Source: Acetatifactor sp.
Lineage (GTDB): Bacteria; Bacillota; Clostridia; Lachnospirales; Lachnospiraceae
Length of the DNA: 64,000 bases
Assembly: GCA_051880235.1 (NCBI GenBank)
Contig: JBJENO010000036.1
Span: forward strand, 615-64,614
Reading direction: 5' to 3'
Below, piece by piece: positions 1 to 10,264 of this stretch (positions are counted from its first letter, which is position 1; every line of letters starts with the position of its first letter). The notes under the pieces were generated by a model. The model saw only the letters and a list, made by a program, of their open reading frames with translations. It searched no databases and was not told the origin of the DNA. The translations under genes and the position numbers were made by a program.

Positions 1-341
1 ATGACAGCCTCTTTCACAGCCTGACTTCTCTTCCCTTTTCCAATCATTCCTTTTAAGCCCAGATCAAGAAGCCTCGGCGCATATTTGTCCATTCTGCTTG
101 CTGTCGTAGGGCCTGCAGAGCCGATTGGTCTTCCGCTCCTGGCGGGAGAAGGCCCCATATAGTAGATCACATTGTTCTCCATGTCGATCGGCAGCTCTTC
201 GCCACGCATTAATGTTTCCTGCATTCTCTTATGAGCAGCGTCTCTTGCCGTATAGATCGTTCCCGTCAGATATACGTAATCTCCCGCTCTCAGAGAAGCA
301 GCGGTCTTAGAAGTGAGGGGGACACTTATGTATTTATCCAT
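1..341 (-). CDS. Fe-S hydro-lyase (fumarate hydratase/tartrate dehydratase) beta subunit, runs off the left edge
   Basis: Manual translation MDKYISVPLTSKTAASLRAGDYVYLTGTIYTARDAAHKR...GSAGPTTASRMDKY...GMIGKG; directly downstream of the alpha subunit. Confidence 0.9.
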   Translation of the reverse strand, partial: MDKYISVPLTSKTAASLRAGDYVYLTGTIYTARDAAHKRMQETLMRGEELPIDMENNVIYYMGPSPARSGRPIGSAGPTTASRMDKYAPRLLDLGLKGMIGKGKRSQAVKEAV

Positions 342-388
342 TTCTCCTGAAATCTCCTTATTGTCTTTTCATTGCTAATACCTGTAAA

Positions 389-1231
389 TTACAACACCCT
401 GACGGCATGACGGTTCACGTGACAACAGATATTGACTGCCACGGGAAGTCCTGCAATATGGGTTGGATAGGTATTAATATTCACAGCCAGCGCGGTAGTT
501 GTTCCTCCAAGTCCGCCGGGGCCTATTCCTGTCCGATTAATTTTCTCCAGCAGTTCCTGCTCCATTTCTCTGACATAGGGGATGGCAGATGGTTCATTGA
601 CAGGTCTGGTCAATGCCTTTTTTGCCATGAGAGCACACTTTTCAAAAGTTCCCCCAATACCTACGCCAACCACCATTGGAGGACAGGCGTTTGGCCCTGC
701 GTCCCTGACGGCGGTCAGGATCGCATTCTTTACGCCTTCTATCCCGTCAGCAGGCTTTAGCATAAAGACACGGCTCATATTTTCGCTGCCAAATCCCTTC
801 GGAGCCAGCGTCAGCTTCACCTGATCTCCGGGGACGATTTCATAATGAATGACAGCAGGTGTATTATCCCCCGTATTCTCACGTATCAAAGGATCCTTCA
901 CAACCGATTTCCGTAAAAATCCGTCTACATATCCTCTTCTGACGCCTTCGTGGATCGCATCCTCCAAGCTTCCGCCTTCAAAATAAACCTCCTGACCAAT
1001 CTCCGCGAACACAACAGCCATGCCTGTGTCCTGACAAATCGGGATCATATCTTCAGCGGCAATTTTCAGATTATCCTGCAATTGCTCCAGGATCTGCCTT
1101 CCGAGAGGTGCCTCCTCTGTGGAAACAGCCTGTTCCAATGCACATTTCATATCCTCTGTCAGGAAGTGGTTCGCCTCTATACACATCTCTTTCAAAGCAT
1201 CTGTCACAAGACTTACATCAATCCTTCTCAT
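389..1231 (-). CDS. Fe-S fumarate hydratase alpha subunit
   Basis: PICQDTG, APKGFGSEN, GPNACPP and CHVNRH motifs. Confidence 0.93.
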   Translation of the reverse strand: MRRIDVSLVTDALKEMCIEANHFLTEDMKCALEQAVSTEEAPLGRQILEQLQDNLKIAAEDMIPICQDTGMAVVFAEIGQEVYFEGGSLEDAIHEGVRRGYVDGFLRKSVVKDPLIRENTGDNTPAVIHYEIVPGDQVKLTLAPKGFGSENMSRVFMLKPADGIEGVKNAILTAVRDAGPNACPPMVVGVGIGGTFEKCALMAKKALTRPVNEPSAIPYVREMEQELLEKINRTGIGPGGLGGTTTALAVNINTYPTHIAGLPVAVNICCHVNRHAVRVL

Positions 1232-1642
1232 CTATCCAACAATTTCCTTTCTGACAGTCTCCAATTCCTCCTGGGTAGGCGCCGTGGGATCCCAACCGAT
1301 TCTCTGACCGTCTCCCTCATACCTCGGTATCAGATGCAGATGAAAATGAAGTACAGTCTGTCCGGCCGTTTCCCCATTGTTTTGCACCAGATTCAGGCCG
1401 TCACATTGCAGTCTGTTCTTCATGAGAAGCCCCATCTTTTTTGCAAGCGGAAGAACCGCCATTGCATCCTCATCCGGCAATTCATACAAATTCGCAGCAT
1501 GATTTTTGGGCAAAATCAGCGCATGTCCCTTCGTTGCAGGACCCAAATCCAAAATCACCCGAAATCTTTCGTCCTCATACAGCGTCTTGGCAGGGATCTC
1601 CCCGTTCGCGATCTTACAGAAAATACAGTCTTGTTTCATCAT
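1232..1642 (-). CDS. HIT family nucleotide hydrolase
   Basis: DCIFCKI N-terminus and HFHLHLIPR histidine triad. Confidence 0.95.
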   Translation of the reverse strand: MMKQDCIFCKIANGEIPAKTLYEDERFRVILDLGPATKGHALILPKNHAANLYELPDEDAMAVLPLAKKMGLLMKNRLQCDGLNLVQNNGETAGQTVLHFHLHLIPRYEGDGQRIGWDPTAPTQEELETVRKEIVG

Positions 1643-1685
1643 AATTTCTCCTTTCCGTCATTCACAGCTTTCAGATATGGAATTG

Positions 1686-2273
1686 TCACCGCTTCACAAA
1701 TCTCCGTCTCACGATACACACCAGACTTCCCAACACAAATCCTGTCACCAGACCGCCAACGTGTGCCGCATTGTCGATATGACTTCCGACAAACCCGCTA
1801 TACAGTGACAAAGCAATCATTAAGAACACTCTCGGCACCGAGATATTCTGAAGCTTTCGATTCGAAAACAATACCAGGGCCAGCAATACGCCGTCCATAC
1901 CAAACACAACACCGCTGGCCCCCAGGGAAGCAGCCGTATTGAAGCTAACCAATTTCATGTAGAGAGAAACCAGATTTCCCCCGATTCCGGACAACAAATA
2001 TACGATTCCGTAACATATGTGGCCGATCTCCTGCTCGATCATCGCGCCCAGGAAGAACAGAACAAGCATATTGCTGAAGAGATGATCCACACTGCCATGC
2101 AGAAACATCGCAGTAACAATTCTCCAGTATTCCCCCCGAAACAAAACACTTTGCACATCCAGTCTTCCGTAATAAACAGGCAATCCCCTTGTAAACATAC
2201 AGACCAGATAGACAAGGACATTCATAACAACAAAAGTCGTATTGACGATCGGTAATCTTTTCCAGTTTTTCAA
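1686..2273 (-). CDS. Rhomboid intramembrane serine protease (TTG 2273 start assumed; ORF extends to 2306)
   Basis: WR..FLHG..HL..N, GASG and AHVGG motifs; multiple TM segments. Confidence 0.92.
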   Translation of the reverse strand: MKNWKRLPIVNTTFVVMNVLVYLVCMFTRGLPVYYGRLDVQSVLFRGEYWRIVTAMFLHGSVDHLFSNMLVLFFLGAMIEQEIGHICYGIVYLLSGIGGNLVSLYMKLVSFNTAASLGASGVVFGMDGVLLALVLFSNRKLQNISVPRVFLMIALSLYSGFVGSHIDNAAHVGGLVTGFVLGSLVCIVRRRFVKR

Positions 2274-2372
2274 TGCTTCCACCCCAAAAACCCTTGTACA
2301 CCACAAACTTACAGATCCGCGCTGTCACGTTTCTTCTTTCTGCTTCGCAGCCGGTCGTTTTCATTTGCGCTC

Positions 2373-2401
2373 ATTATAGCATACTTCGTATCTATTGTGA
2401 A
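2373..2401 (-). promoter_or_regulatory. sigma-A promoter for rhomboid-HIT-fumarase genes
   Basis: TTCACA-17-TATAAT with extended -10 TG. Confidence 0.6.
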
Positions 2402-2433
2402 AGAATTTTTGTGATGTAGTCCATCGCCGAACT

Positions 2434-3540
2434 CTATTTCTGAAACAACAAAAGAATTCTGCCGAGTTTGATTTCATCTCCCGGCTCCAGCTGCCGCTTT
2501 TCATAAGGTTTCAGCCGCAAACCATTCTTAAACGTCCCGTTTGTGGAGTTCAGATCTTCCAGAAAATATGCCTTATTCTCATAAAAAATTTTGGCATGCA
2601 GCCTGCTGATGGAGGCATCCTCCACAACAATATCGGCTTCTTCTTTCTTTTTTCCAATAATAATGGCATCCTCCCCCAATACCTTTAACTGCTTTCCTTC
2701 CGCAGTGCACAGTTTCAGAGCATCTTTTTCCGGAGGAAGTGTTTCTTCAATGTACAGTGTCCTCCCATACTTTTCTTCAAATAATGGCTGTTCGGCAACG
2801 GAGTATCCTTCCATCCGTTCTCGCATCTCACTGCGGTAAAGATCTCTCTTCTCTTTTGACTTGCGCTTTCTGGTATCGAACAAACCGAAGATCGTCTTTT
2901 TCTGTTCAGCGTCCTCTTCCTGCTTTGGTTGGTCCGGCAGCAATCGTTCTTCTTCCGAGACGACAGTTTGCCTTTCGGGCTGCATTGGTTTCTCCAATCG
3001 CAAGGCATCCTGAAAGATCTGCTCCTGTAAGTAGACTTCGCCATTGTGGTCAAACTGCTCAAACATATGATAGACGCATTCCACCAATTCGTCGTCGTTA
3101 TAATCGATCCGCTCCACCCAGAAGTCCAGCAATGCCTTGAATCCGTTGTCACCTTCAAAATAAGGAACATAGAGAAACGAGAAGACATTCGCATCCAGTT
3201 CCTGAAATATTTCATCCGGATACCAAAGAATATGATTCATATCCAGGAGAAACCGATCCAATTCCTGTCTTAACTGTTGAAAAGACTTCAGAAAAGCACA
3301 GACCCATTCCCTATGAATTACCTTGCGCTCAAACATCTGTCGAATATTCTGCCGCGATGTAATATCATAGTACAGGTATGCATCCCCATCAATATATCTC
3401 AGACTGCAGGGCAACAGCCCTCCTATCCCTCCCCGATTCAAAATACAATACTGGTACTTTCTCTCCTCAGGTTTTTCCTCCAGAAGAATCCTTTTATAGT
3501 TACAGTTCAGGCTCCTCAAAAACTCAGTTTTCATCTCCAA
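2434..3540 (-). CDS. FHA-domain protein (DUF6382-like N-terminus), last gene of tad locus
   Basis: C-terminal IGK..ISRLHA..DLNSTNGTF FHA motif. Confidence 0.88.
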   Translation of the reverse strand: MEMKTEFLRSLNCNYKRILLEEKPEERKYQYCILNRGGIGGLLPCSLRYIDGDAYLYYDITSRQNIRQMFERKVIHREWVCAFLKSFQQLRQELDRFLLDMNHILWYPDEIFQELDANVFSFLYVPYFEGDNGFKALLDFWVERIDYNDDELVECVYHMFEQFDHNGEVYLQEQIFQDALRLEKPMQPERQTVVSEEERLLPDQPKQEEDAEQKKTIFGLFDTRKRKSKEKRDLYRSEMRERMEGYSVAEQPLFEEKYGRTLYIEETLPPEKDALKLCTAEGKQLKVLGEDAIIIGKKKEEADIVVEDASISRLHAKIFYENKAYFLEDLNSTNGTFKNGLRLKPYEKRQLEPGDEIKLGRILLLFQK

Positions 3541-3973
3541 ACACCTCCTTTATTTTTCTCATTCCCCGCAAAATCTTCTCCGGGGAAAACCCTTTCATCT
3601 CACAGAATGCTTCCATCTGCCAACCTGCCTGATCCGTAAACCAGTTCCATCCCGGTATGGGATACAGATAGGTTCCACTTGCAGTTGATTTGACCGTATT
3701 CCCGGCAAGCTCCATCTGAAAGCTTTCCAGCCGACAATTCAAATACTGAGTGATGTCAACTTCTCTTACTCTTCTCTGCAGCCTGCTCTCCCCGTCATCC
3801 CCTCTGTCCATTGCAGCAGCATAAATGGAGAGCATGATCAGATCCTGCTCCATGATGCACCTGTCGTACTGATAGATCGTCAGATAGACTACCGTCACAA
3901 TTGCAGCAATTGCAAAGGGAACAACCAGTGCCGCCTCCACGCAAAAATATCCCGACAGTTTTCTTCTCACCAT
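3524..3973 (-). CDS. TadE-like pseudopilin
   Basis: G-YFCVE-AALVVP class III prepilin motif followed by a TM helix; inside the tad operon. Confidence 0.75.
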   Translation of the reverse strand: MVRRKLSGYFCVEAALVVPFAIAAIVTVVYLTIYQYDRCIMEQDLIMLSIYAAAMDRGDDGESRLQRRVREVDITQYLNCRLESFQMELAGNTVKSTASGTYLYPIPGWNWFTDQAGWQMEAFCEMKGFSPEKILRGMRKIKEVFGDEN

Positions 3974-4407
3974 AATTCGCCTCCACAGAGAAAGATTGCA
4001 AACATCCACCCGGTCAGCAGGAAAGGAAGAAACGGAATCTGTGTGTTACGCTTTGCCTTTCGGAAAATAAGTAACCCGGCACTATATACAGACGCCAAAA
4101 GAAGCGCCATGCAGAGCGTAGCCATCACATGGCGATAGCCGGCAAGCAATCCGATCACAATGACAACCACTCCATCCGCATACCCTACCATCCCCGTCAG
4201 GAATGCCAATGCCACCAACAACACTCCTGCCCCAACTGCCCCAAGCAATGCAGGAAAGCTTATTATCCCCTTCTCGGCTATCATCAGGGCAAATGCAAAC
4301 ACCCCATATGCCATCCCAACCCCAAGCAAGGACAGCGGAAGCTTCCTGCATTTGATATCCCATACGGCTAAAAAAAGCATCCAAGCAGTAATCATGATTA
4401 CTTTCAT
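3967..4407 (-). CDS. A24 prepilin peptidase
   Basis: AVWDIK, VGYADG and IPFLPFL motifs. Confidence 0.85.
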   Translation of the reverse strand: MKVIMITAWMLFLAVWDIKCRKLPLSLLGVGMAYGVFAFALMIAEKGIISFPALLGAVGAGVLLVALAFLTGMVGYADGVVVIVIGLLAGYRHVMATLCMALLLASVYSAGLLIFRKAKRNTQIPFLPFLLTGWMFAIFLCGGELW

Positions 4408-4414
4408 ATTTCAA

Positions 4415-5332
4415 TTACTTTGTGCTGCATCGACTGCAGGGACGATATCCCCCGCTCTCATCCACCGGAATCGCGATCACCGTTCGCTTTAAACCCGAAC
4501 ACTGTCTGTCCCAGTGATAGCACTCTCCTTCCTTCGCAAGATACACAAGCTCCGGCATTTCCCCATGACTGCACAATTCACAGGCCCGGTATTTTTTTCC
4601 CTTCTCGTTTCTCTCATAAGCAACGGCCTCCGAACGCACATGGTATACGGCAAGAACAAGATAGGTACAGCTTCTGTTTGTGTGATAGGTCTCACCGTAT
4701 TGTGTCACATACACCAGACCCTTCTCAGAAGGATTCTGTGGGATCTCATAACCGTTCCACAGATGGGAAACATAACGGTTGGCCATTCGAAAATCTTTCA
4801 CCCCCGGGAAGAGGGCTACGGGCCTCACTTCATAGGTAAGCACGATCTCCAGCTCGTCTTCCCCGGATAACATTTCACTCTCCCAAAGCCTGAGACCATT
4901 GGCACCGTCTGCCAGCGGAGATTCCTCCAAATACACCTCTCCGGCAAACTCCACAATACGGTTTCGCACGTAAAGCGAAGAAATCAGAGAGGATAAGGGC
5001 TTCCCGCTTTGTTCACAGGCAAACAGTGCCACCCGATTCCCTGTGTCAAAAAGTGCAGCCTGCAGCTGATTGTGCAGTCGGATCATTTCAATGGCAGAAC
5101 TCAAACTCAACAAAAAAAACAGAAAAACCGGCAAGACAACGGCGGCCTCCAATGTCATACTCGCCCTGAGAAGACGATGTCGGTTCAGAGTGAGTGATGA
5201 TGACCCCTTTACAGAGAAAATAATGTTCGAATACCATTGATCTTGGGCTGGCTTCGATAGGCAAATTGTCGGAGAAGGTTCTTGCTTTTTGTGATTATTT
5301 ACAGTTACGTTCTGCAAAGAGGTCATCATCAC
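4415..5332 (-). CDS. TadE-like pseudopilin with two C-terminal His/Cys metal-binding repeats
   Basis: ASMTLEAAVVLP pilin motif; YH....C...CxxC occurs twice. Confidence 0.75.
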   Translation of the reverse strand: MMMTSLQNVTVNNHKKQEPSPTICLSKPAQDQWYSNIIFSVKGSSSLTLNRHRLLRASMTLEAAVVLPVFLFFLLSLSSAIEMIRLHNQLQAALFDTGNRVALFACEQSGKPLSSLISSLYVRNRIVEFAGEVYLEESPLADGANGLRLWESEMLSGEDELEIVLTYEVRPVALFPGVKDFRMANRYVSHLWNGYEIPQNPSEKGLVYVTQYGETYHTNRSCTYLVLAVYHVRSEAVAYERNEKGKKYRACELCSHGEMPELVYLAKEGECYHWDRQCSGLKRTVIAIPVDESGGYRPCSRCSTK

Positions 5333-5341
5333 TCACCCTTT

Positions 5342-6781
5342 CTATTCATACCCCTTTTGCCGGATGATTTCGAATCCATATCCAAATCCGCTCTCTATCC
5401 GGACGCTGGCGCGAAACTGAGCCACACATCCGTCTAATCGGAAAAACTGATTTCCGGGTGTCAGCCGAATATCTGCTTCCACCATATCCATGGCGCGAAG
5501 AGTCAGCTTTCCCAGGCCTGTCAGCATCAACAGGACGCGAAGATAATCTTCATAGGAGAGCCCGACTCTGCTGATCTGTGTACCCGGAAGTTCCCCACCG
5601 CAGGCAGCCGACAAACCATAATGCCAGGTTGTGGCATCCTTCCAAAGCGGAACCTTTCCTCCCTCCAGAAGACTTTTTACATCATAGATGCTCTCCATAT
5701 ATGCCCATCCCAGAACGATCAATGTGGTAACCGCAGGGATCAGCTCCGGAAGCAGAAAGATCCCACAGGCTATGGTAGCAGCCAATGTGATCTCCGCCTT
5801 TTTCTGAGGATCCGACCACAGGTAGGCCGCATTTGCCGCCTCTCGGATCGCACACAGCCTTCCCGCTACCTTTCGAAGATTCTCCACATCACTGTCCGCT
5901 CCTGCCAGCAAATATTCCACCTGATAAGAGAGAGCCGTTTGCTCCTTTGTCTGACCGAAGTGTCCAAGACTGCGCAGGAGAAACTCCTGAAAAAGGAATC
6001 GATCCGTCAATCCGTCTCTCTCGTCAAAAGCCATATTCCCACGGCTGACCATTCCTTTTTGCAGCCTGCTCTGTATGTAGGCAGCCGTATTGATTCTCTT
6101 TTCAGACAATGTACTTACATCGGTCACTAAGTTCAAGATTCCTTTTTTCTTCAGGGTAAAGACATTGCCCACCGGATTTGCCACATCCACATACCCTGTC
6201 TCCTGCTCACTGATCTGCACCTCTGTGCCGTTCAGATCATCCAGCACAGCATTTGCCTGTGCCATGTCTGCCTCAGAGTCCTGCCGGTCCAGGCCATTCA
6301 CCGTAATGGTATCCGCCCAATCCATCACCGACTCCAACAGCCCAAGCCCGATGTCATCACAAACCGCATCAATGGCGGCCCCCCTAAAGACTGCACCCTC
6401 TCCGTCGGAAAAGAGTGCAATCTGATCAATTTCTACATCCCTGACATTTAAATCAAAGAAATCACGGTACAAAATCGAGGCCAGGAATACATCGCTTAAG
6501 TCCAGATTTCTGTCCACATAGTCCAAAAGATGCTCCTCGGTGTGATTGATCCTGCAGGAAGCAGTTCCATAGGAGCAGTCTATTCCAAACAGGCCAAACT
6601 GCCCAAACAACTCCCTGTGATATTCTCCCATGACACTCGAAAGCCCTGTTTCTGCTGCGCAGATCGCCTCCAGCGCCGCTCCTTTATACCTTGCGGAGTC
6701 GATCAGCACCAGGTATAAGGACACTATCAGCGTAAGGCACAGGGTAAGATACACTGTCAGGTATCCGCTGATCCTCCGCAT
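5342..6781 (-). CDS. TadG-like/DUF5702 pilus-associated protein
   Basis: G-YLTVYL prepilin-like N-terminus; YQVEYLLAG..SD..NL and YEDYLR motifs; tad context. Confidence 0.75.
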   Translation of the reverse strand: MRRISGYLTVYLTLCLTLIVSLYLVLIDSARYKGAALEAICAAETGLSSVMGEYHRELFGQFGLFGIDCSYGTASCRINHTEEHLLDYVDRNLDLSDVFLASILYRDFFDLNVRDVEIDQIALFSDGEGAVFRGAAIDAVCDDIGLGLLESVMDWADTITVNGLDRQDSEADMAQANAVLDDLNGTEVQISEQETGYVDVANPVGNVFTLKKKGILNLVTDVSTLSEKRINTAAYIQSRLQKGMVSRGNMAFDERDGLTDRFLFQEFLLRSLGHFGQTKEQTALSYQVEYLLAGADSDVENLRKVAGRLCAIREAANAAYLWSDPQKKAEITLAATIACGIFLLPELIPAVTTLIVLGWAYMESIYDVKSLLEGGKVPLWKDATTWHYGLSAACGGELPGTQISRVGLSYEDYLRVLLMLTGLGKLTLRAMDMVEADIRLTPGNQFFRLDGCVAQFRASVRIESGFGYGFEIIRQKGYE

Positions 6782-6964
6782 CTACATTCTTCCCGTCCGC
6801 ACGGTAATCTTTTCAAAGAGACCGTTCACGATCTCCGTGATCTGCTCTCTGAAGATCAACACGAGGCCTACCAGCACCACAATGATCAAAATGATCTCTA
6901 CCGTACCCATACCATCCTCCTCTGCGAAAAAATCTCTGAACCATTTCCACAATTTCATTCTCAT
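6782..6964 (-). CDS. flp: Flp1-family type IVb major pilin
   Basis: EEDG-MGTVEIILIIVVLVGLV prepilin cleavage motif; about 60 aa. Confidence 0.9.
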   Translation of the reverse strand: MRMKLWKWFRDFFAEEDGMGTVEIILIIVVLVGLVLIFREQITEIVNGLFEKITVRTGRM

Positions 6965-6980
6965 TCCTTTTTCTCCCTTC

Positions 6981-8312
6981 TTATATTGTTCCAAATGCCG
7001 GTACCATTATGATCACCATGACGATTCCCAGCATACAGACCATTGGTATCAACAATTTCGTCCCTGCCTCCTCGCCGGATTTCCGAACGGAAAGCAGCTG
7101 TTCTTCCAGCGAGGTATCTGCCTCCTCTAACAATCTGGATAACAATTCCTGATTGCCCCGCTTTCGGTTTTGCACCAGCAACGTACTGAGTCTGATGTAT
7201 TCCCGGACTCCTACTCGTCGTCCAAAGGAATCGATTGCAATGTCCTCCATTGTCCCCGCCTGAAGCTGTCTGCAGAGAAGCACCAGTTCCTCCCCACAAA
7301 AGCTTTCCTCCGAGGACTTCTCGCGTCGCTTCTCGTATTCCCGGGCAATTTTTGCAAATGCCCCCCGCACAGACATCCCCGCCCCAATGTAGAGCACCAG
7401 CTTGTGAACCAGCTCCGGATACTCCTGCCGCAGCCTGTCTGTACGATTCTCCAGCTCTTTCTGAATATCCTGATCCTTCAGGAAAAACAGAAGCACTGCC
7501 AGGATAGGCGTCATACACCATAACACTGTGCTATAGTCCTTCCCTTCAACCGACCACGCAATCTCTGAGCCCTGCCATTTTTCAGGCAGCACGAACGAAT
7601 CCTGTCCACGGCTGTTCTCTTCTTCCTGTTCCAGATAACGGGCTAATTCCAGTGCCCTCTGTTCCTCCTTCGTTCTGTCAGGCGGATGCAACACCAAAGG
7701 AATCTCCCCTTTGTATTCGTACTGACCATAGCGAAGCGTATAGTGCAAGAGAAGTTCTCTGTCCTGCAGCAGGGTTCCGATCTTCCCCCCACTGTCCAGC
7801 ACCTTGGAATCACCGCTTTCCCAACTGACTTCAAAGGGATATCCTTCATAACTGTCCAGCAGATTCAGTGGTGTGATCACATGCTCCAGATCCACGTTTT
7901 CCCCAAGGATCATGGAACCGATCTCTCTTCGAAAGGAATCCACATAGTCTATCACCTCCCCGGTCGTCAATTGTCTCGGTGCCACCCTGATCTGAAAAAC
8001 ATCCTCTCTGTCCTGGATTTTACCGACCAAAGCTATTTTGTTCACACCATCCTCGAAGCCTCCCCGCAGAATACTGTTATCCCCCCGAAGAATGCTCTGC
8101 TTTCCGGCGGCCAGCTTCGCCATACCTCCAAACAATACTCCCGCCAGGCAGATAAGCAGCACCAGTCTGATCTTCTCCTCATAAAAACTCTGTATCAGCT
8201 GCTCTCTCTTCTGTCCCGGGTGAAGCCTGCTCAGACCCTCCTCCACATTTCGGGGGACAGGAAACCATCTTTGAAAAACCCTCGTGTAGATGATATGTAC
8301 CAGTTTTTCCAC
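6981..8312 (-). CDS. tadC: TadC-like T2SSF-family pilus assembly protein (GTG start inferred)
   Basis: LVLYIGAGMSVRGAF and GEEAGTKLLIPM motifs; follows tadB. Confidence 0.8.
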   Translation of the reverse strand: MEKLVHIIYTRVFQRWFPVPRNVEEGLSRLHPGQKREQLIQSFYEEKIRLVLLICLAGVLFGGMAKLAAGKQSILRGDNSILRGGFEDGVNKIALVGKIQDREDVFQIRVAPRQLTTGEVIDYVDSFRREIGSMILGENVDLEHVITPLNLLDSYEGYPFEVSWESGDSKVLDSGGKIGTLLQDRELLLHYTLRYGQYEYKGEIPLVLHPPDRTKEEQRALELARYLEQEEENSRGQDSFVLPEKWQGSEIAWSVEGKDYSTVLWCMTPILAVLLFFLKDQDIQKELENRTDRLRQEYPELVHKLVLYIGAGMSVRGAFAKIAREYEKRREKSSEESFCGEELVLLCRQLQAGTMEDIAIDSFGRRVGVREYIRLSTLLVQNRKRGNQELLSRLLEEADTSLEEQLLSVRKSGEEAGTKLLIPMVCMLGIVMVIIMVPAFGTI

Positions 8313-8322
8313 GATTTTCACC

Positions 8323-9093
8323 TCACTTCCTGCCGATGGAACGGAGCATTCTCTCTCCAAGGGCAAATGCGGCCAGATAGACAATCAGGCACCCTGTCAT
8401 AATCGCGATTCCGGAAAGGTTATGATATAGTCTGTCGAAATACCCCGGATTGGTCAGCCCTATATATAGAAAGAACAGAAACGGCATCCCCTCCATAATC
8501 GCCAATTCCATCCGTTTTCCGCTGAGGATCACGGCAATTTCTTTCTTTACATCCAGCTTTCTGCCGATCAGCTCTGCGGTTCCACGGATGATCTCCACCA
8601 GATTGCCTCCGCTTCTCTTTGCGATCGAAAACACTTCCACAAACCATACGATTTCCTCACAGTTGCTCCTTGCACCGAAATCTCGAAGCAGTTCCTCCAG
8701 GGGTATGTTGATATGCAGTCCCCGACGGATGACTCTTAATTCCTCACAGATAAAGGAATTCTCTCCAAACAGCAGATTCATATCCTGCTCACTCTCTAAA
8801 AAGGCGTTTTCAATGGCATACCCGGACTGCAGGGTGACAGACACCGCCAGAATACACTCCCGAAACTGTTGCCCCAGTTCCTCCTGTTGTCTGGATAGCC
8901 TTCCCGCATACAGATACCGAAAAGCGAATATCCCCGTAAAGGAAAGCGGAAGCACTGCAAGAACAGACCGATAGAAAAAATAGGACAACAGCAACACCAC
9001 ACCAATCGAAATACCTACCACCTTCCACCGCTCCCCTCTCCCCCATTGGTATTCATGATAGTCCCGCAGCCTGAAGCTTTGCTTTTCTGACAA
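8323..9093 (-). CDS. tadB: TadB-like T2SSF-family protein (start uncertain, 9072-9156)
   Basis: LQSGYAIENAF and AKRSGGNL motifs; between tadA and tadC. Confidence 0.82.
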   Translation of the reverse strand: MSEKQSFRLRDYHEYQWGRGERWKVVGISIGVVLLLSYFFYRSVLAVLPLSFTGIFAFRYLYAGRLSRQQEELGQQFRECILAVSVTLQSGYAIENAFLESEQDMNLLFGENSFICEELRVIRRGLHINIPLEELLRDFGARSNCEEIVWFVEVFSIAKRSGGNLVEIIRGTAELIGRKLDVKKEIAVILSGKRMELAIMEGMPFLFFLYIGLTNPGYFDRLYHNLSGIAIMTGCLIVYLAAFALGERMLRSIGRK

Positions 9094-10264
9094 GCTCCCC
9101 TTTTTCCATAAGCGAGCCGATAACCATCCCTTTCTCATCCGTTCCCATCTCCTCAAACTGATATAAGGAATTCATCTGAATCTCATTCTCTCGAAATTCC
9201 ACGACCTCTTCAATGGACAATACCCTTCGGCTGTGATCCCGCAGTCTCCCCAGGTGCACCAGGATATCGATTCCCGAGGCGATCTGCTGTCTGATGGCAG
9301 GCAGTGGTAATTCGATTCCCATCAAAACCATATTTTCCAGCCGTGACAGCATATCCCTGGCGGAATTTGCATGTCCGGTGGACATGCTGCCATCGTGACC
9401 GGTATTCATACACTGTAACATGTCAAAGGCTTCTGCTCCCCTGACCTCGCCTACAATGATACGGTCCGGTCTCATGCGAAGGGACGCCTTGATCAGATCT
9501 CTGATAGAGATCTCCTGGCAGCCCTCAGTATTGGCATTTCGGGTCTCCAGACGAACCAGATTGGGAAGCCCCTGCAGCTGCAGCTCCGCGCTGTCCTCAA
9601 TGGTGATCACCCGATTTTCCTCCGGAATAAACTGAGACAATGCATTCAAAAAGGTCGTCTTGCCGCTTCCGGTTCCTCCGCTGATGAAAATGTTATAGCC
9701 GCTCAGAACCAGTTTTTTCAGAAGCTCCGCCGCCGAAGCTGTGATAGAATTCTTTCGAATCAGCCAATCCATGGTGATTGGATCCTTGGGGAATCGTCTG
9801 ATGGTTACCACCGGCCCGTTCAGGGAGATCGGCGGAAGAACCACATGAATTCTGGCTCCCCCTTCCAGTCTGGCATCCACGATCGGAGTAGAGGTATTGA
9901 TCACACGGTTACACCCTGCCACGATCATCTGAATCACATCCATCAGCTTCTCCGCAGAATCAAAGCCTCTGGGATACCGCACCAGTCTTCCGCTCTTCTC
10001 CAGAAAAATGGTATCTTTCCCATTGATCATGATTTCTGTAACTTCCTCATCCTCCACAAAGATCTGCAAAAGATCCAGCCGTCTCAAAGAGTTGAACAAA
10101 TCAGTCTTAAGCTGAATGCGTCGTGATACCGGATAGCAGGCTAATTCCTCCAGATTCACAATTGCGCTGTCGATCATCTCGGCAATATCCTCGTCGGAGA
10201 TATCCTTTCTGTAATCCAACCGCTCCAGGATCTGTCGCTCCAGTTTCCTTCTTATCTCTTCCAT
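9053..10264 (-). CDS. tadA: CpaF/TadA pilus assembly ATPase
   Basis: GGTGSGKTT, IEDSAEL, LRMRPDRIIVGEVRG and MNTGHDG motifs. Confidence 0.95.
   Translation of the reverse strand: MEEIRRKLERQILERLDYRKDISDEDIAEMIDSAIVNLEELACYPVSRRIQLKTDLFNSLRRLDLLQIFVEDEEVTEIMINGKDTIFLEKSGRLVRYPRGFDSAEKLMDVIQMIVAGCNRVINTSTPIVDARLEGGARIHVVLPPISLNGPVVTIRRFPKDPITMDWLIRKNSITASAAELLKKLVLSGYNIFISGGTGSGKTTFLNALSQFIPEENRVITIEDSAELQLQGLPNLVRLETRNANTEGCQEISIRDLIKASLRMRPDRIIVGEVRGAEAFDMLQCMNTGHDGSMSTGHANSARDMLSRLENMVLMGIELPLPAIRQQIASGIDILVHLGRLRDHSRRVLSIEEVVEFRENEIQMNSLYQFEEMGTDEKGMVIGSLMEKGELVRKAKLQAAGLS

Noticed and set aside
950-1942. 330-aa plus-strand ORF
   Set aside because: Antisense to the fumarase, HIT and rhomboid genes
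2310-2372. Possible REP-like family with 52715-52772 (gagYgcaaa...stem-CGAAG-stem)
   Set aside because: Similarity too short and gapped to support by eye
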